This document shows positions 46,199-58,881 of a stretch of 64,000 bases of DNA, piece after piece. The stretch is from Eledone cirrhosa. Its lineage: Eukaryota. The stretch covers positions 13,144,001-13,208,000 of the forward strand of contig OZ024762.1 of NCBI GenBank assembly GCA_964016885.1, read 5' to 3'. The notes below the pieces were generated by a model that saw only the letters and a list, made by a program, of their open reading frames with translations, was not told the DNA's origin and did not search any database. The translations under genes and the position numbers were made by a program. Positions within the stretch are counted from its first letter, which is position 1. The number at the start of each line of letters is the position of its first letter.

Positions 46199-46956
46199 CT
46201 AGCAGTGGTACCCGGCGTTGCACGGGTTTAGGTTTTTGGAACGCGGACCGGTAATATACCTAATCGTGGAAAAACTGCATGCCTGGACAATATGTAAAGA
46301 AAATAAACCGAAGATTTTCCTCGATGAAGCAGGAAAAATGCAGGTTTTCACCTAATGCGGGCCCTAGGTCATAATAAAGTTGGATTTTCTTTGCTTACGG
46401 TATGAAGAAGAGACTGACTAATACATAGTTACAATGTCAAGGAAACCGGTCTGACGTAATGACTGAAAAAAACCCTAAAAGTGTTAAAAAACGCAGTTTT
46501 TCACCTAATGCGGGCCCTAGGAGATAAAAAAAAAGTTGAATTTTTTTATGACACTCCTTCAAATATAAGTAATACACATGTAAAGTTTGAAAAAGATCGG
46601 TTGGGTACTTCTCGAGTTTTAGGGATTCAAACACACAGACACACACACACACAGACATCCTCAGGGAGGTGACGTAATGCAGACAGCCAGACATACAGAT
46701 AGATATAAGGGCGCAACGTTATATCTATGTATCTATCTAAAAAGAGAAAGACTAAGAATTATAGAGAGAGATGGCTAAATCGCCTAATGTGGTGTCTAGG
46801 GCATTGAAAATAGAATTTATTTTGGCTCAGAACACTCCCTGAAACATAAATATTACATGTGTAAAGTTTGAAAACAGTCGGTTGGGTGGTTCTCGAGCTT
46901 TAGGGATTCAAACTCACACACACTCAGACAGACATCCTCAGTTTTATATATATAGA
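46199..46956 (-). mobile_element. Non-autonomous Helitron
   Basis: Minus strand starts A|TCTATATATATAAA and ends with the hairpin CCCGTGCAACGCCGGG then CTAG|T. Internal duplication 46550-46663 / 46832-46941. Confidence 0.75.
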
Positions 46957-47021
46957 TAGGTACACACAATACATACATCCATTTATATATACACACACAC
47001 ATTATATACATATACATACAT

Positions 47022-47052
<31 letters not shown>

Positions 47053-47384
47053 TATATATATATATAATGTCTTCTACGCCTCGTTTTATTTGTGTCTCAC
47101 TTTATTCCTCATAATTTCTCCGTTTCATCGCCACCATCATCACCATCGCCACCATCACCATCAGCCCCACCATAACCAACATTACACCCCCTCCTCTACC
47201 GTAACCAACACTACACCCCTCCACCATATTCAACACTACACCTCCTCCCCCACCATAACCAACACAACCCCATCCATATCCAAGACTACACCCCACCATA
47301 ACCAACACTACACCCCTCCCCCACCATATTCAACACTACACCCCCTCCCCCACCATAACCAATCATTTTTTTTTTAACTTCCAG

Positions 47385-47456
47385 GAACCACAGCAGATCG
47401 TCCTGTTCCAGTTGGAACCAATTTCAAAATCAATAACACGAGAACAAAAAAATATG
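47385..47456 (+). CDS. Candidate internal exon, product unknown
   Basis: Strong acceptor tttttttttaacttccag, donor G|gtgggt, 72 nt. Open as TTADRPVPVGTNFKINNTRTKKY (phase 1-1) or in frame 0. Confidence 0.3.
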
Positions 47457-47719
47457 GTGGGTGGGGGAGGGTGGTGGAGAATGGTGGGGGATACATTTTA
47501 TAGGAATGAGAGGATATAGGGAGAGGGCGGAGGAGAGAGAGAAAGAGAGAGGGAGGAGAGAGAAATGTAAGCCAGAAGAAAATGATAATCTGAGATTGAT
47601 TGAGAGGGGGATGGTGAGAGTGAGATGGTGTGTGTTTGTGTGTGAGGGAGATAATGAGAAATAGATAGAGGGAGAGAGAGAGAGGGAGAGATAGAGAAAG
47701 AGAGGGGAATAGTACAAGA

Positions 47720-47903
47720 CACCCCCTGGACAAGACGCCAGTCCATCCTAGTCTTAAGCTGCTGGTACTAATTTTCAGCTGAGTATACTGGAACAACATG
47801 AAATGAAATGTTTTGCTCAAGAACACAACACAGAACCCAGACCAGGAATCGAACCCATGACATTATGATCGTAAGTCCAACATCTTAACCACTAGGTCAC
47901 GTG
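47720..47903 (-). mobile_element. CORE-like tRNA-derived SINE, second copy
   Basis: cagctgagtatactggaacaacatgaaatgaaatgttttgctcaag...ggaatcgaaccc, homologous to 44100-44280. Confidence 0.7.
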
Positions 47904-47915
47904 TATTCATGCAAT

Positions 47916-48131
47916 GGTTTCTACTATAGGCACAAGGCCAACAATTTTGAAAGGAGGGAAAGTCGATTAAATCACCTCCAGTACATTACTGGTACTTTAT
48001 TTTATCGACCCCGTAAGGATGAAAGGCAAAGCTAACCACGGCAGGATTTGAACCCAGATCGTAAAGGGACGCAACTATGTACAGCTAAGCATGGTGTTCG
48101 CCGCTCTACCGATTCTGCTAATCCACCACCC
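47916..48131 (-). mobile_element. tRNA-derived SINE
   Basis: Full-length family motifs on the minus strand. Confidence 0.85.
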
Positions 48132-48144
48132 TAATGATAATAAT

Positions 48145-50723
48145 GGTTTCTTTATTGGCCACAAGGTCTAACACGAAGAAATACATTAGAGACGGTACAG
48201 GCCGATACAAACTGGGTTTTGGTCATGTAAACAGGTTACAACAAAATCGGGCTAGAAATAAAAAAAAATTCATACAATAAAAATTCCCCAAAAAGAGAGA
48301 AACCTCCGAGGGTCACTCGTGGCGAAAACCACACACAAAAAAAGACCACGGCCACCCTGACCACCAGGGCAAGCGCCCTCTCTTACTTTTCCCAGTCCTC
48401 AATCTACAGGCGCATATTCAGAGCGGGCCCGTTCACTCGGACCAGACTCGCCACTTTCACCTACCTTTCAACAAACTTACTAAAGCCAGCACTTGCCTCT
48501 CCACCCTGATTTTCCTCTTCAAGTGAAACTTGACAAAGTTAATCAGGGATTGGCCGAAGAGGAAAGTGTCCGTCTTCAACCCTTTCAACCTTGTCCACCA
48601 CACAATTTCTTTCGCCATGGCTACCAGGTTGATGAAAACTGCCTGCCCTTCCTCCTCTTTAAAGGAGGATGGCGGGGCTATCTGCACAATGGACTCAGTC
48701 GATAACCGGATCCGTCCTACACGCGACAGAAGCTGTTCGACATAGCTCCACAAGTCAGCAATGCTCGGGCACTGAACAAAGTGCGTGCAGGGCGGTTTCG
48801 TCGCCCTGTGCACATCTCGGGCAGGATCGGCTGACAGCACCTCCGTGCCTGTAGAGCTTATCCCGAACCGGCAACGCTCCCCGGTAGCACTGCCAGGCCA
48901 GGGATTTCTGGAAGTTGTCCACAGGCCCCGGGCTGAAAGTTCTCTTGAAGAGAGCGAACATCTGATCGTCTTCGACGCCCAGGGTCTCCCCGAGAATGTC
49001 GTCGCTCTTTCCCTCCACTAGCCCTTTATAGAACGCCGAAGTGGATGTTCCACCGATACTAGTGCTCAGCTGGTAGAGGGCGGTGAGCGCTTGGAGACAT
49101 TCCAGCTTCCAATCGCTATTTCTCGGTCTTTTCCTGATCCAGGACTGCAGCTCTGTCAAGGAGACGAGCTGGGGAAAAGCGCGTCTGGCAAAGGGCAACC
49201 ACACCTATTCACCGTCAAGGAAGCACCAGAGATGTCGCAGCCTCAGCGCATGTTTGCATCCTGCCCCTGTTGGGGCGTAGACGGCTTTGTCCAGCCGGTC
49301 ACGTCCAGCACCACTGACTTACCTTCTGGGTCCAGGAAGATGACCCGTATGGCGAGTTCCAAGCCTCTACGAAAAAAGCACGTTTGCCACTTCCCTCCCG
49401 CCTCACATTCCATGTCGGACCCCGCGGCGTCCGGGAAGGGCATGAACTCCACTGCTGTTGGTGGTGGTAGTGGAGCCCGCTCCAGCGATTTTGCCGCCAC
49501 TGCTGCCGCTACTGCGACTGTTGGTGTTGCCGCCACTGCTGCCGCTGCTTTGGTTGTCCGTGGCCTTGGTATGGGTGCCACGGACGTTGCCCTCCTACTC
49601 GCCATGGAAGGGTCTTCTGCCTCTGTTGTCTGCTCTGCTCTTGGTAGCAGCAGATCAGGCGTCGTTTCACTTTGACCCTCACAATGTTCTGCCTGCAGTA
49701 GGAGGGCACCAATACTATCTCCTCACTCTTTAGGGTTTCCAAAGAGTGAGACTTCGCCTCTTGCGGGGTGACGAGTACGTCTACTGTGGCGTACTTTTGC
49801 CTCGGGTGATGTGGGTTTTGTGCGCCCAGACGCACCCCAAGGCCTTTTGGATTTGAGCCTCCGTGGCTCTCTCCACCCGATGTGACATTTTGCTTACGGT
49901 GCGGTAAGTCACCGTGCGCAGCTGCTGGTCTTTGAAGAAATCGGGTGGTTTCAGGGAAACTCTATTGTCGTTTCTCGACACCATGGCTCTTGCGACTACC
50001 ATCTCCTCCTCCGTGACTAGCACTGTCTTTATATTTCGGGCCACACCTGCGAAAGAAGTGGCCCCTTTTTCAGCGGCATCATTATTGCTGCCACTACTGC
50101 TGCTACTGGTCTTGTTGTTGGTGCTGTTGCTGTTGCTACTGCTACAAACGGTGTTGTTGGTGTTGTTGCTGTTATCATTTTTGTAGTTGGTTGTGTTTTC
50201 GGTGCCACCGTTGTTGTTGTTTTCGGTGCAATTTTTATTGTTGCTGTTGGTGTTGTCGCTGTTTATTTTCTTATTAGTGGTGTTAATATCGTTGTTGCAT
50301 TTGTTGTCATTTTTTTCTGTTGTCTGTATTTTGGTTGACGCTGTTATTGTTGTAGTTGGTGTGGTAATGTTTTAAAAATTAGTGTTTTCAGTGTTGTTGT
50401 CTTCGTTCACGTTGTTTGTGGTGGTGTTTGTTGTATGAATTTCACTAACCCTCCTCTCAACTTTTACGCTGTTGTCACACGACGCAGACATATTGCTGGG
50501 GGGCGTGGCTCAGCCATATTAAAAAAAAAATTTCTAAAGTAAAATGTTCAAATATTAATGAAATATTTGGGCTAAAAGGCCCAAATATTATACTTTCCCC
50601 TTCACAGGGCAAAGTCCAATGGCTTATATCCCTTACACAACAAGAAAAATTAAGCAACAAATAATTATAACAGGTAAATAAAGCGACTTACTGGAGGCGA
50701 GCAAAAAGCTTCCGAACAGACCG
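48145..50723 (-). mobile_element. Internally deleted L1/Tx1-type LINE (ORF1 remnant, endonuclease fragment, C-terminal zinc-binding region; no RT)
   Basis: Minus-strand peptides LAWQCYRGALPVRDKL...CPRC...ETALH / VQCPSIADLW (zf-RVT-like, frameshifted) and IRVIFLDPEGKSVVLDV (like an APE-endonuclease segment). 3' end gccAATAAAgaaac. ATGATAATAAT on both flanks (48134-48144, 50724-50734). Confidence 0.8.
48400..49260 (-). pseudogene. Degenerate LINE ORF2 C-terminal region
   Basis: ORFs 48755-49204 and 48457-48840 join by a frameshift into a CxxC...ET..H...C motif. Confidence 0.75.
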
Positions 50724-51009
50724 ATGATAATAATAATGATGATGATGATGATGATGATTGTTACTGAAAATTATTACTCCATTAAATTTTTATCAAACAT
50801 TCTTTACAAAAAACAAACCGAAAACCAAATTATATTTTAACGAACAGAACTTTACTAATTTTTCATGTTTTTAAATTAATCTTTCTCTGGTAATTAATCA
50901 TATTTTAATTGATTGTAAATTATTCAGTTTTTACCGGAGGCTGAAATAATATTCTTGACATTCCACTCGATGGTTGACATTCATTGTTCTGCGTTTACGA
51001 GAAATTTAA

Positions 51010-51730
51010 ATACCAGTTATAAACGCGGGGCGACAAATTGTCGGAGTCGTTAGAACGTCAGGTAGAATGCTTTGCCCTATACGGTTTTGGTTCTCTCCTC
51101 TCTGAGTTCAAATCCCACCGAGGTCAACTTTACCTTTCATCCTTTCGAGAAATTAAGTAGCAGTTATATACGCGGGTTGACTCTCTGCTCTCTGAGTTCA
51201 AATCCCACCGAGGTCAACTTTACCTTTCATCCTTTCGAGAAATTAAGTAGTAGTTATATACGCGGGTCGACTCTCTGCTCTCTGAGTTCAAATACCACCG
51301 AGGTCAACTTTACCTTTCATCCTTTCGAGAAATTAAGTAGCAGTTATATACGCGGGTCGACTCTCTGCTCTCTGAGTTCAAATCCCACCGAGGTCAACTT
51401 TACCTTTCATCCTTTCGAGAAATTAAGTAGCAGTTATATACGCGGGTCGACTCTCTGCTCTCTGAGTTCAAATCCCACCGAGGTCAACTTTACCTTTCAT
51501 CCTTTCGAGAAATTAAGTAGCAGTTATATACACGGGTCGACTCTCTGCTCTCTGAGTTCAAATCCCACCGAGGTCAACTTTACCGTTCATCCTTTCGAGA
51601 AATTAAGTACCAGTTATATACGCGGGACGACTCTCTGCTCCCTGAGTTCAAAATCCCGATAACGTCAACTTTACCTTTCATCAATTCGAGATCGTGAAAA
51701 AAAGATACCAGTCAAATACTGGGGTCAATT
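51010..51730 (+). repeat. 90-bp tandem array derived from a SINE interior (about 6.5 units)
   Basis: Unit ctctctgctctctgagttcaaatcccaccgaggtcaactttacctttcatcctttcgagaaattaagtagcagttatatacgcgggtcga, starting at about 51091, 51181, 51271, 51361, 51451, 51541 and 51631. Confidence 0.9.
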
Positions 51731-52951
51731 CTTTCTCACTTACATTCTCTCACTCTCTCTATCCTTCACTGGAAGAAATCTGCTGTACTCTGATGATTTC
51801 ATTTGAATGAAAAAGTTCTAGTCCTGTAGAAGCCTTTTCTATATAAACTTATGTGTGTTGTTATTTGAGGGACCACAAGGTCTAAATCTGGTCCTGCATA
51901 GGATAGGCTTGTCTTATCAGTTTGATCTAGGGCCACCACCACCACTACCACCACCACCACTACCGCTACCACCACCACTACCGCTACCACCACCACTAAC
52001 ACCACCACTACCGTTACAACTACCGCTACCACCACCACCACTACCGCCACTACTACTGCTACCACCACCACTACCACCACCACTACCGCTACCACCACTA
52101 CAATAAACACAACTACTATCTCAACAACAACAGCTCATACAAAACCACAACCACAACTACTACCACAACCACAACTACAACAACCAACCACAACCACTCA
52201 TACAATACAACGATCAACCACTACCACAACAACAACCACCACAACAACAACCACCACAACAACCACAACCACAACAAACCACAACAACAACCACAACAAC
52301 AACCACCACAACAACCACCACAACCACAACCACAACCACAACAACCACAACCACAACCACAACCACCACAACAACAACCACAACCACAACAACCACCACA
52401 ACAACAACCACAACCACAACCACAACAACCACAACCACAACAAACCACAACAACAACCACAACAACAACCACAACCACCACAACAACAACCACAACAACA
52501 ACCACAACCACAACAACAACAACAACCACCACAACAACAACCACCACAACAACCACAACCACAACCACAACAACAACAACAACAACCACCACAACAACAA
52601 CCACAACAACAACCACAACCACAACCACAACAACAACAACAACCACCACAACAACCACCACAACAACAACCACAACCACAACCACCACCACAACAACAAC
52701 AACCACAACAACCACAACCACAACCACAACAACAACAACCACCACAACAACAACCACCACAACCACAACAACCACAACAACAACCACCACCACCACAACA
52801 ACAACCACCACAACAACAACCACAACCACAACAACAACCAAAACCACAACAATCAAGGCCATATTTTGTCCATTTTCTGACCAGTTATTTCCCCGTCTGA
52901 CCCAATAAAAACTGTTTATATTCCTCTCTATTGTATCTGATACTACCACAG

Positions 52952-53011
52952 TGGTACTAAGTCCACCGAGAGATATAAGACAAATATTGAAAGCTTCGTA
53001 ACAACATCTTA
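52952..53011 (+). CDS. Candidate internal exon, product unknown
   Basis: ccacag|...|gtgagt, 60 nt, one open frame: [19 protein letters not shown]. Confidence 0.25.
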
Positions 53012-53079
53012 GTGAGTTAGGGCGGTTAGGGTGGTTGGTTGGCTCTCGTGGATATAAAGTTGGATTAACATGTGAGTGG

Positions 53080-53139
<60 letters not shown>

Positions 53140-53194
53140 ATTTGTGAGGGTGTGTATGCATATGCATATGTATATATGCATATGTATATATGTG

Positions 53195-53254
<60 letters not shown>

Positions 53255-53285
53255 CATGAAGTGTATAAATGTATAAGTCTCTTTC

Positions 53286-53400
<115 letters not shown>

Positions 53401-53968
53401 AAAGGCCAGGCCCACTGTCCGGTTGGCTGGCTGGTTAACCGGGCTTGTTAACTGGCTAAAGCTATTCCATTCTAAGCAGCAAGATACTCCCAAGGGATGG
53501 TCATATCCAGAACTTATATAGAGAATGAGGAGAAAGAAAAGCAGGAAGGAAAGAGAGAAAGAACTAAAGAAAGAAAGGAAGTTAGAAAGAAGAAGGAAAT
53601 GAACTCGGTTTTACAGTCCAAATCTTAGCACCACCAACACCATCACCATTACCAACACCACCACCAATACACCACCACCAATACACCACCACCACCACCA
53701 ACAACAACACCACCACCAAAACCATCACTACCACTACCAACACCACCACTACCACCACCACAACTACCACCACCACCACCAATACCAACACCACCACCAC
53801 CACCAATACCACCACCACTACCAGCACAACCAACGCCGCCAACCAGCACAACCAACGCCACCAACCAGCACCAACCATCAACACCAACACCATCACCACC
53901 ATTTTGACAGACAGCCAAAAAGCACTTAGGCTATATTTCTAGCGCAAGTCTCGCTCCTCATACACACA

Positions 53969-54019
<51 letters not shown>

Positions 54020-54022
<3 letters not shown>

Positions 54023-54181
54023 TATATATATAGAGAGAGAGACAGAGAGACACACACATAAATATATATATATATATAGACACACACACAAAAATATATA
54101 CATATATAGACACACACACACACACACACATAAATATATATATATATATAGACACACACACAAAAATATATACATATATAG

Positions 54182-54214
<33 letters not shown>

Positions 54215-54515
54215 GAGAGAGACAGAGAGGCACACACATAAATATATATATATATATAGACACACACACAAAAATATATACATATATAGACACACACACA
54301 CACACCCATATATATATATAGAGAGAGAGAGACAGAGAGGCACACACATAAATATATATATATATAGACACACACACAAAAATATATACATATATAGACA
54401 CACACACACACACACACACACATGTATATATAGAGAGAGAGACACACATAAATATATATATATATAGACACACACACAAAAATATATACATATATAGACA
54501 CACACACACCCATAT
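54020..54515. repeat. Compound (TA/CA/GA) higher-order tandem repeat
   Basis: Repeated gacacacacacaaaaatatatacatatatagacacac blocks. Confidence 0.8.
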
Positions 54516-55151
54516 ATATATGGATAGAGAGAATTATTATTATTATTATTATTATTAGTATTATCCGGCAGAGCTAAGGAGGATCGCTTGCAATAATATC
54601 GTTGTTTCTGCCTGTCTTGACTAAGACGTCAATTTTCAGCAGGAATTAACTGTAGAAATACACACTGTACACGGAATATTGGGCCGTCTTACCACCGCTC
54701 CCTCCCTCCCTCCCTCCCTCACACCACCACCACCACCACCACCACCGCTCCATCCCTCGCACCACCACCACCACCGCCACTCCACCCCTCACACCACCCA
54801 CTCCCTCCCTCACACCACCACTACCACTCCATCCTTTTTCAATACCACTCAACCATCATCACCATCATCATGGTGGGTGGTGGTGGTGGTGGTGGTGGTG
54901 GTGGGTGATAGTGTGGGTGGTGCTGATGGTGGTGACGATGGTGGTGGTGGTGGTGGTGGTGGTGACGATGGTGGTGGGTGAGAGAGGGTAGTGGCGGGGC
55001 TGTTGGACCTTCTATTCCCTTCTCAACATTAAGCTGTCTACATTAGAAAATGAGTTTTCATCTTCCCCCTCCTCCCCTCTTCCTCCTACTTCTCCTCATC
55101 AGCTATCCATGCTTCCACATTGTGGTAGCATGTTGGTATGCTGATGTCCAT

Positions 55152-55219
<68 letters not shown>

Positions 55220-55249
55220 TTATACTTGGGGAGCGTCATATTGTTGTAT

Positions 55250-55429
55250 TTGTTTCTACTATTGGCACAAGGCCAGCAAATACCCCAGTGTATTACTGGT
55301 ACTTTATTTTATCGACCCCGTAAGCATGAAAGGCAAAGTTAACCTCGGCGGGATTTGAACTCAGACCGTAAAGGGACGTAACTCTATGCTTCAAAGCATG
55401 GTGTCCGACTCTCTACCGATACTGCCAAT
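55250..55429 (-). mobile_element. tRNA-derived SINE
   Basis: Full-length family motifs on the minus strand. Confidence 0.85.
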
Positions 55430-55737
55430 TGCCAGAATTAATAACAGAACACACTCACTGTTTGGTTGGTTTTTCGCTTCTGTATCTTTTATATCAGTTA
55501 ATTTATTCGGTCCTCAATGTTTACCATTGACTGATCAACGGTAAAAAATACAGATATAATACAGATATAAACATATATATAGTCTAACAAAGTTCTTTCA
55601 TTGCACATCTGCAACATCGTCAGTGGTGCTATTATGTTCCTCCTGTTGTATTGTGTAATATTATTACAACAATATGACCCTCCTCAAGTGTAACAATATT
55701 TGTTTCGACACACGATTTCATATAAAAAACCTCGCAA

Positions 55738-55773
<36 letters not shown>

Positions 55774-55896
55774 AAAGTTTTATTTAAAATTGTTGGGTTA
55801 CAACAAGTAAATATTGGAGCAAAGCCAGCCTCCTATCTTAATGGTCGCTTATATGTATGGTACGTCAAAATTATTTATAAAACTGTTTATATATTG

Positions 55897-55962
55897 TATT
55901 TTATCTGACGAAGGCATGCCATATTTTTAATATGGTATCCCTGAAATATGTATAATGAAATA
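55897..55962 (+). ncRNA. Minimal hammerhead ribozyme motif (family B)
   Basis: tattttat-CTGACGA-aggcatgccatatt/aatatggtatccct-GAAA-tatgta-TA-atgaaata. Long stem II that differs in sequence from the other copies but still pairs. Confidence 0.75.
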
Positions 55963-55988
55963 AATATGGTTTCCATTTGTTTAATATC

Positions 55989-56071
<83 letters not shown>

Positions 56072-56200
56072 ATATTAATAAATGGAAACTATATTTATAA
56101 AACCATAATTATTTTATTATATATATTTACTATCCAGCGAACCTCCAACCGTCAGGTTTGTTTTTCTACGGGTATGTCAACATTTATAAAACAAATTTTG

Positions 56201-56265
56201 TATTTTATCTGATGAAAGCGCACCAAAACTGCCTTGGTTGCCCTTGAAATATATATAATAAAATA
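56201..56265 (+). ncRNA. Minimal hammerhead ribozyme motif (family B)
   Basis: tattttat-CTGATGA-aagcgcaccaa...ttggttgccctt-GAAA-tatata-TA-ataaaata, with an 8-bp perfect stem I. Confidence 0.8.
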
Positions 56266-56459
56266 ATTATGGTTTTATAAATATAGTTTCCATTTATTAA
56301 CATATTGAATATTTACTCCAGTTATATCAGTTATAAAACTTTTAAGTTTGTCGAATCTCAACAAATTAAATATAACTTCCTATTTTCCACTCTACTACCC
56401 TAAGTATTGAGTACTCTGGTGCGTTATGGTCCATCTGGTTCCTTACCACAATTCTTTTG

Positions 56460-56505
<46 letters not shown>

Positions 56506-56688
56506 ACATATATATATACATATATAGAGATAAATATACACGGGTGTGTATGATTGTGTATAAAAGATTATATTAATAAAAGGAATTCCAACTTTGTCTG
56601 ATTTACTCGTTTTATTTACAATCCTTTAACATTTATAATGGTATTAGAATGAAATAGTATGGTAGAATATTAAATGTTAAGTGTTAAT

Positions 56689-56727
56689 TGAACAAGTACT
56701 TTCATGCTTTCGCAATCTTCAGGTTCA
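56689..56727 (-). ncRNA. Minimal hammerhead ribozyme motif, inverted partner copy
   Basis: Reverse complement reads tgaac-CTGAAGA-ttgcGAAAgcat-GAAA-gtac-TT-gttca, with a GNRA-capped stem II. Confidence 0.8.
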
Positions 56728-56812
56728 TATTGTTTAGTGACAGTCAAGTTTGCAATTTTCAACTTTATATCTATCAGTTGAAAATTGCAAACTTGACTGT
56801 CACCACACAATA

Positions 56813-56850
56813 TGAACCTGAAGATTGCGAAGCATGAAAGTACTTGTTCA
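56813..56850 (+). ncRNA. Minimal type-I hammerhead ribozyme motif (Penelope-like)
   Basis: tgaac-CTGAAGA-ttgcgaagcat-GAAA-gtac-TT-gttca. Stem I tgaac/gttca is perfect, the core is intact, stem II is tgc/gca and stem III is the palindrome GTAC. Confidence 0.8.
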
Positions 56851-57016
56851 ATTAACACTTAACATTTAATATTCTACCATACTATTTCATTCTAATACCA
56901 TTATAGTAGTAGTAGTGGTAGTAGTGATGATGGTGGTAGTAGTAGTAGTAGTGGTAGTAGTAGTGGTGGTAGTAGTGATGATAGTAGTAGTAGTGGTGGT
57001 AGTAGTAGTGGTAGTG

Positions 57017-57069
<53 letters not shown>

Positions 57070-57892
57070 GGTGGTGATAGTGGGTGTGGTAGTAGAAGTG
57101 GTAGTAGTGGTGGTGGTAAAAGTAGTAGTAGTAGTAGTGGTTGTGGTGGTAGGTGTGGGTGTGGTAGTCGTAGTGGTTGTGGTGGTAGGTGTGGTAGTAG
57201 TAGTAGTAGTAGTGGTGGTAGTGGTAGTGGGTGTGGTAGTTCAGTGATAATGTGGGGAAGTGACAAAAAAACAAAAGTGATACTCCCGCCCCCACCCCCA
57301 CCCCTCTCTTCCTCCAAAAAACATCTTCAAACTGAACAGAAAAAAACATTGACATAAACAACCTGAAAAACCTCCATCGGTGAATGACATCACATATATG
57401 TTAGTGGGGGGAGGAGGAGGTTACAAGGGTGTGCAGTGGGGGCGGTAATGGTGTTGGCGGGGGGAATGGTAGGGATGGTGGTGATGGTGGTGGCTGTGGT
57501 GGTGGTGGCTATGGTGGTGGTGGTGGTAATGGTGTTGTTGGTGGGGGGGAGTGGTAGTGATGGTGGTGATGGTGGTGGCTGTGGTGGTGGTGGTGGTGGT
57601 GATTGTGGTGGGGAAGTGGTAGGGATGGTGGTGGAGACGAGGGTAGGGCGGGTGTTGGAAGGGAGAGTGGTGGAGAGAGAGGTGCTGTTGGTAGTGATGG
57701 TGGTGATGTTGATGGTGGTGGAGGTGGATGTGTTGTTGTTGATAATGATGATGACGATGGTGGTGATGGTGGTGGTGATGACGATGGTGGTGGTGGTGGT
57801 GGTGGTGATGACGATGGTGGTGGTGAGGATATTGGTCAGAATGAGAGGGATGTTGCTTTTCTTGTTGTAGTTGTCGTTAGTTCATAATATAA

Positions 57893-58080
57893 TTGTTTCT
57901 ACTATTGGCACAAGGCCAGCAATTACCCAGTACATTACTGGTACTTTATTTTATCGACCCCGTAAAGATGAAAGGCAAAGTTAACCTCGGCGGGATTTGA
58001 ACTCAGAGTGGCAAGGGCCGTAACTCTATGCTAGAAAGCATGGTGTCCGACCCTCTACCGATACTGCCAATCCACCGCCC
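57893..58080 (-). mobile_element. tRNA-derived SINE
   Basis: Full-length family motifs on the minus strand. Confidence 0.85.
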
Positions 58081-58093
58081 TTAGTTCATAAAA

Positions 58094-58254
58094 TAATGAG
58101 AGAATCTCAACACAGGAATCGCTGTTAAAACAGAACAGAAACCCGTGGCTCCACTGATTTCTGTCCTCTGGGGTAACATTTCACTGGAACATGGCATTGA
58201 CCACATTTTGAGGTTTTAACAGCTTCCTGTTCCTGGCGTTGAGTTCTTCTCATT
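58094..58254. repeat. Imperfect inverted-repeat element
   Basis: aatgagagaatctcaac..acaggaa..gctgttaaaac versus gttttaacagcttcctgt...gttgagttcttctcatt. Confidence 0.5.
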
Positions 58255-58304
58255 AGTCAAGGATTTCTAATACAATCGCGCTTCAACTCGATCTTCCAGA
58301 AAAC

Positions 58305-58490
<186 letters not shown>

Positions 58491-58516
58491 TATATGTATA
58501 CACACACACACACACG

Positions 58517-58555
<39 letters not shown>

Positions 58556-58626
58556 AATATAATATATATATGTATATATATGTATATACACACACAATAA
58601 ACATATATATACACACACACATACAC

Positions 58627-58668
<42 letters not shown>

Positions 58669-58768
58669 ATTGAATGAAATACTAACAGTGGTAGAGAAAT
58701 TAGGATATATATATATATATATATATACACATACATTCACACACACACACATATATATATATGTATAT

Positions 58769-58801
<33 letters not shown>

Positions 58802-58846
58802 TACACACACATATGTGTGTATAGATATTTATAGACATACACACAC

Positions 58847-58881
<35 letters not shown>

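Larger units (their letters stand above)
56634..56905. mobile_element. Fold-back element with about 130-bp inverted arms
   Basis: 56634-56764 versus 56776-56905 is a near-perfect inverted repeat with a hammerhead in each arm. Confidence 0.8.

Noticed and set aside
49091-49675. Plus-strand 194-aa ORF
   Set aside because: Antisense to the LINE remnant.
51072-51662. 196-aa ORF with 30-aa repeats
   Set aside because: By-product of a 90-bp SINE-derived tandem unit.
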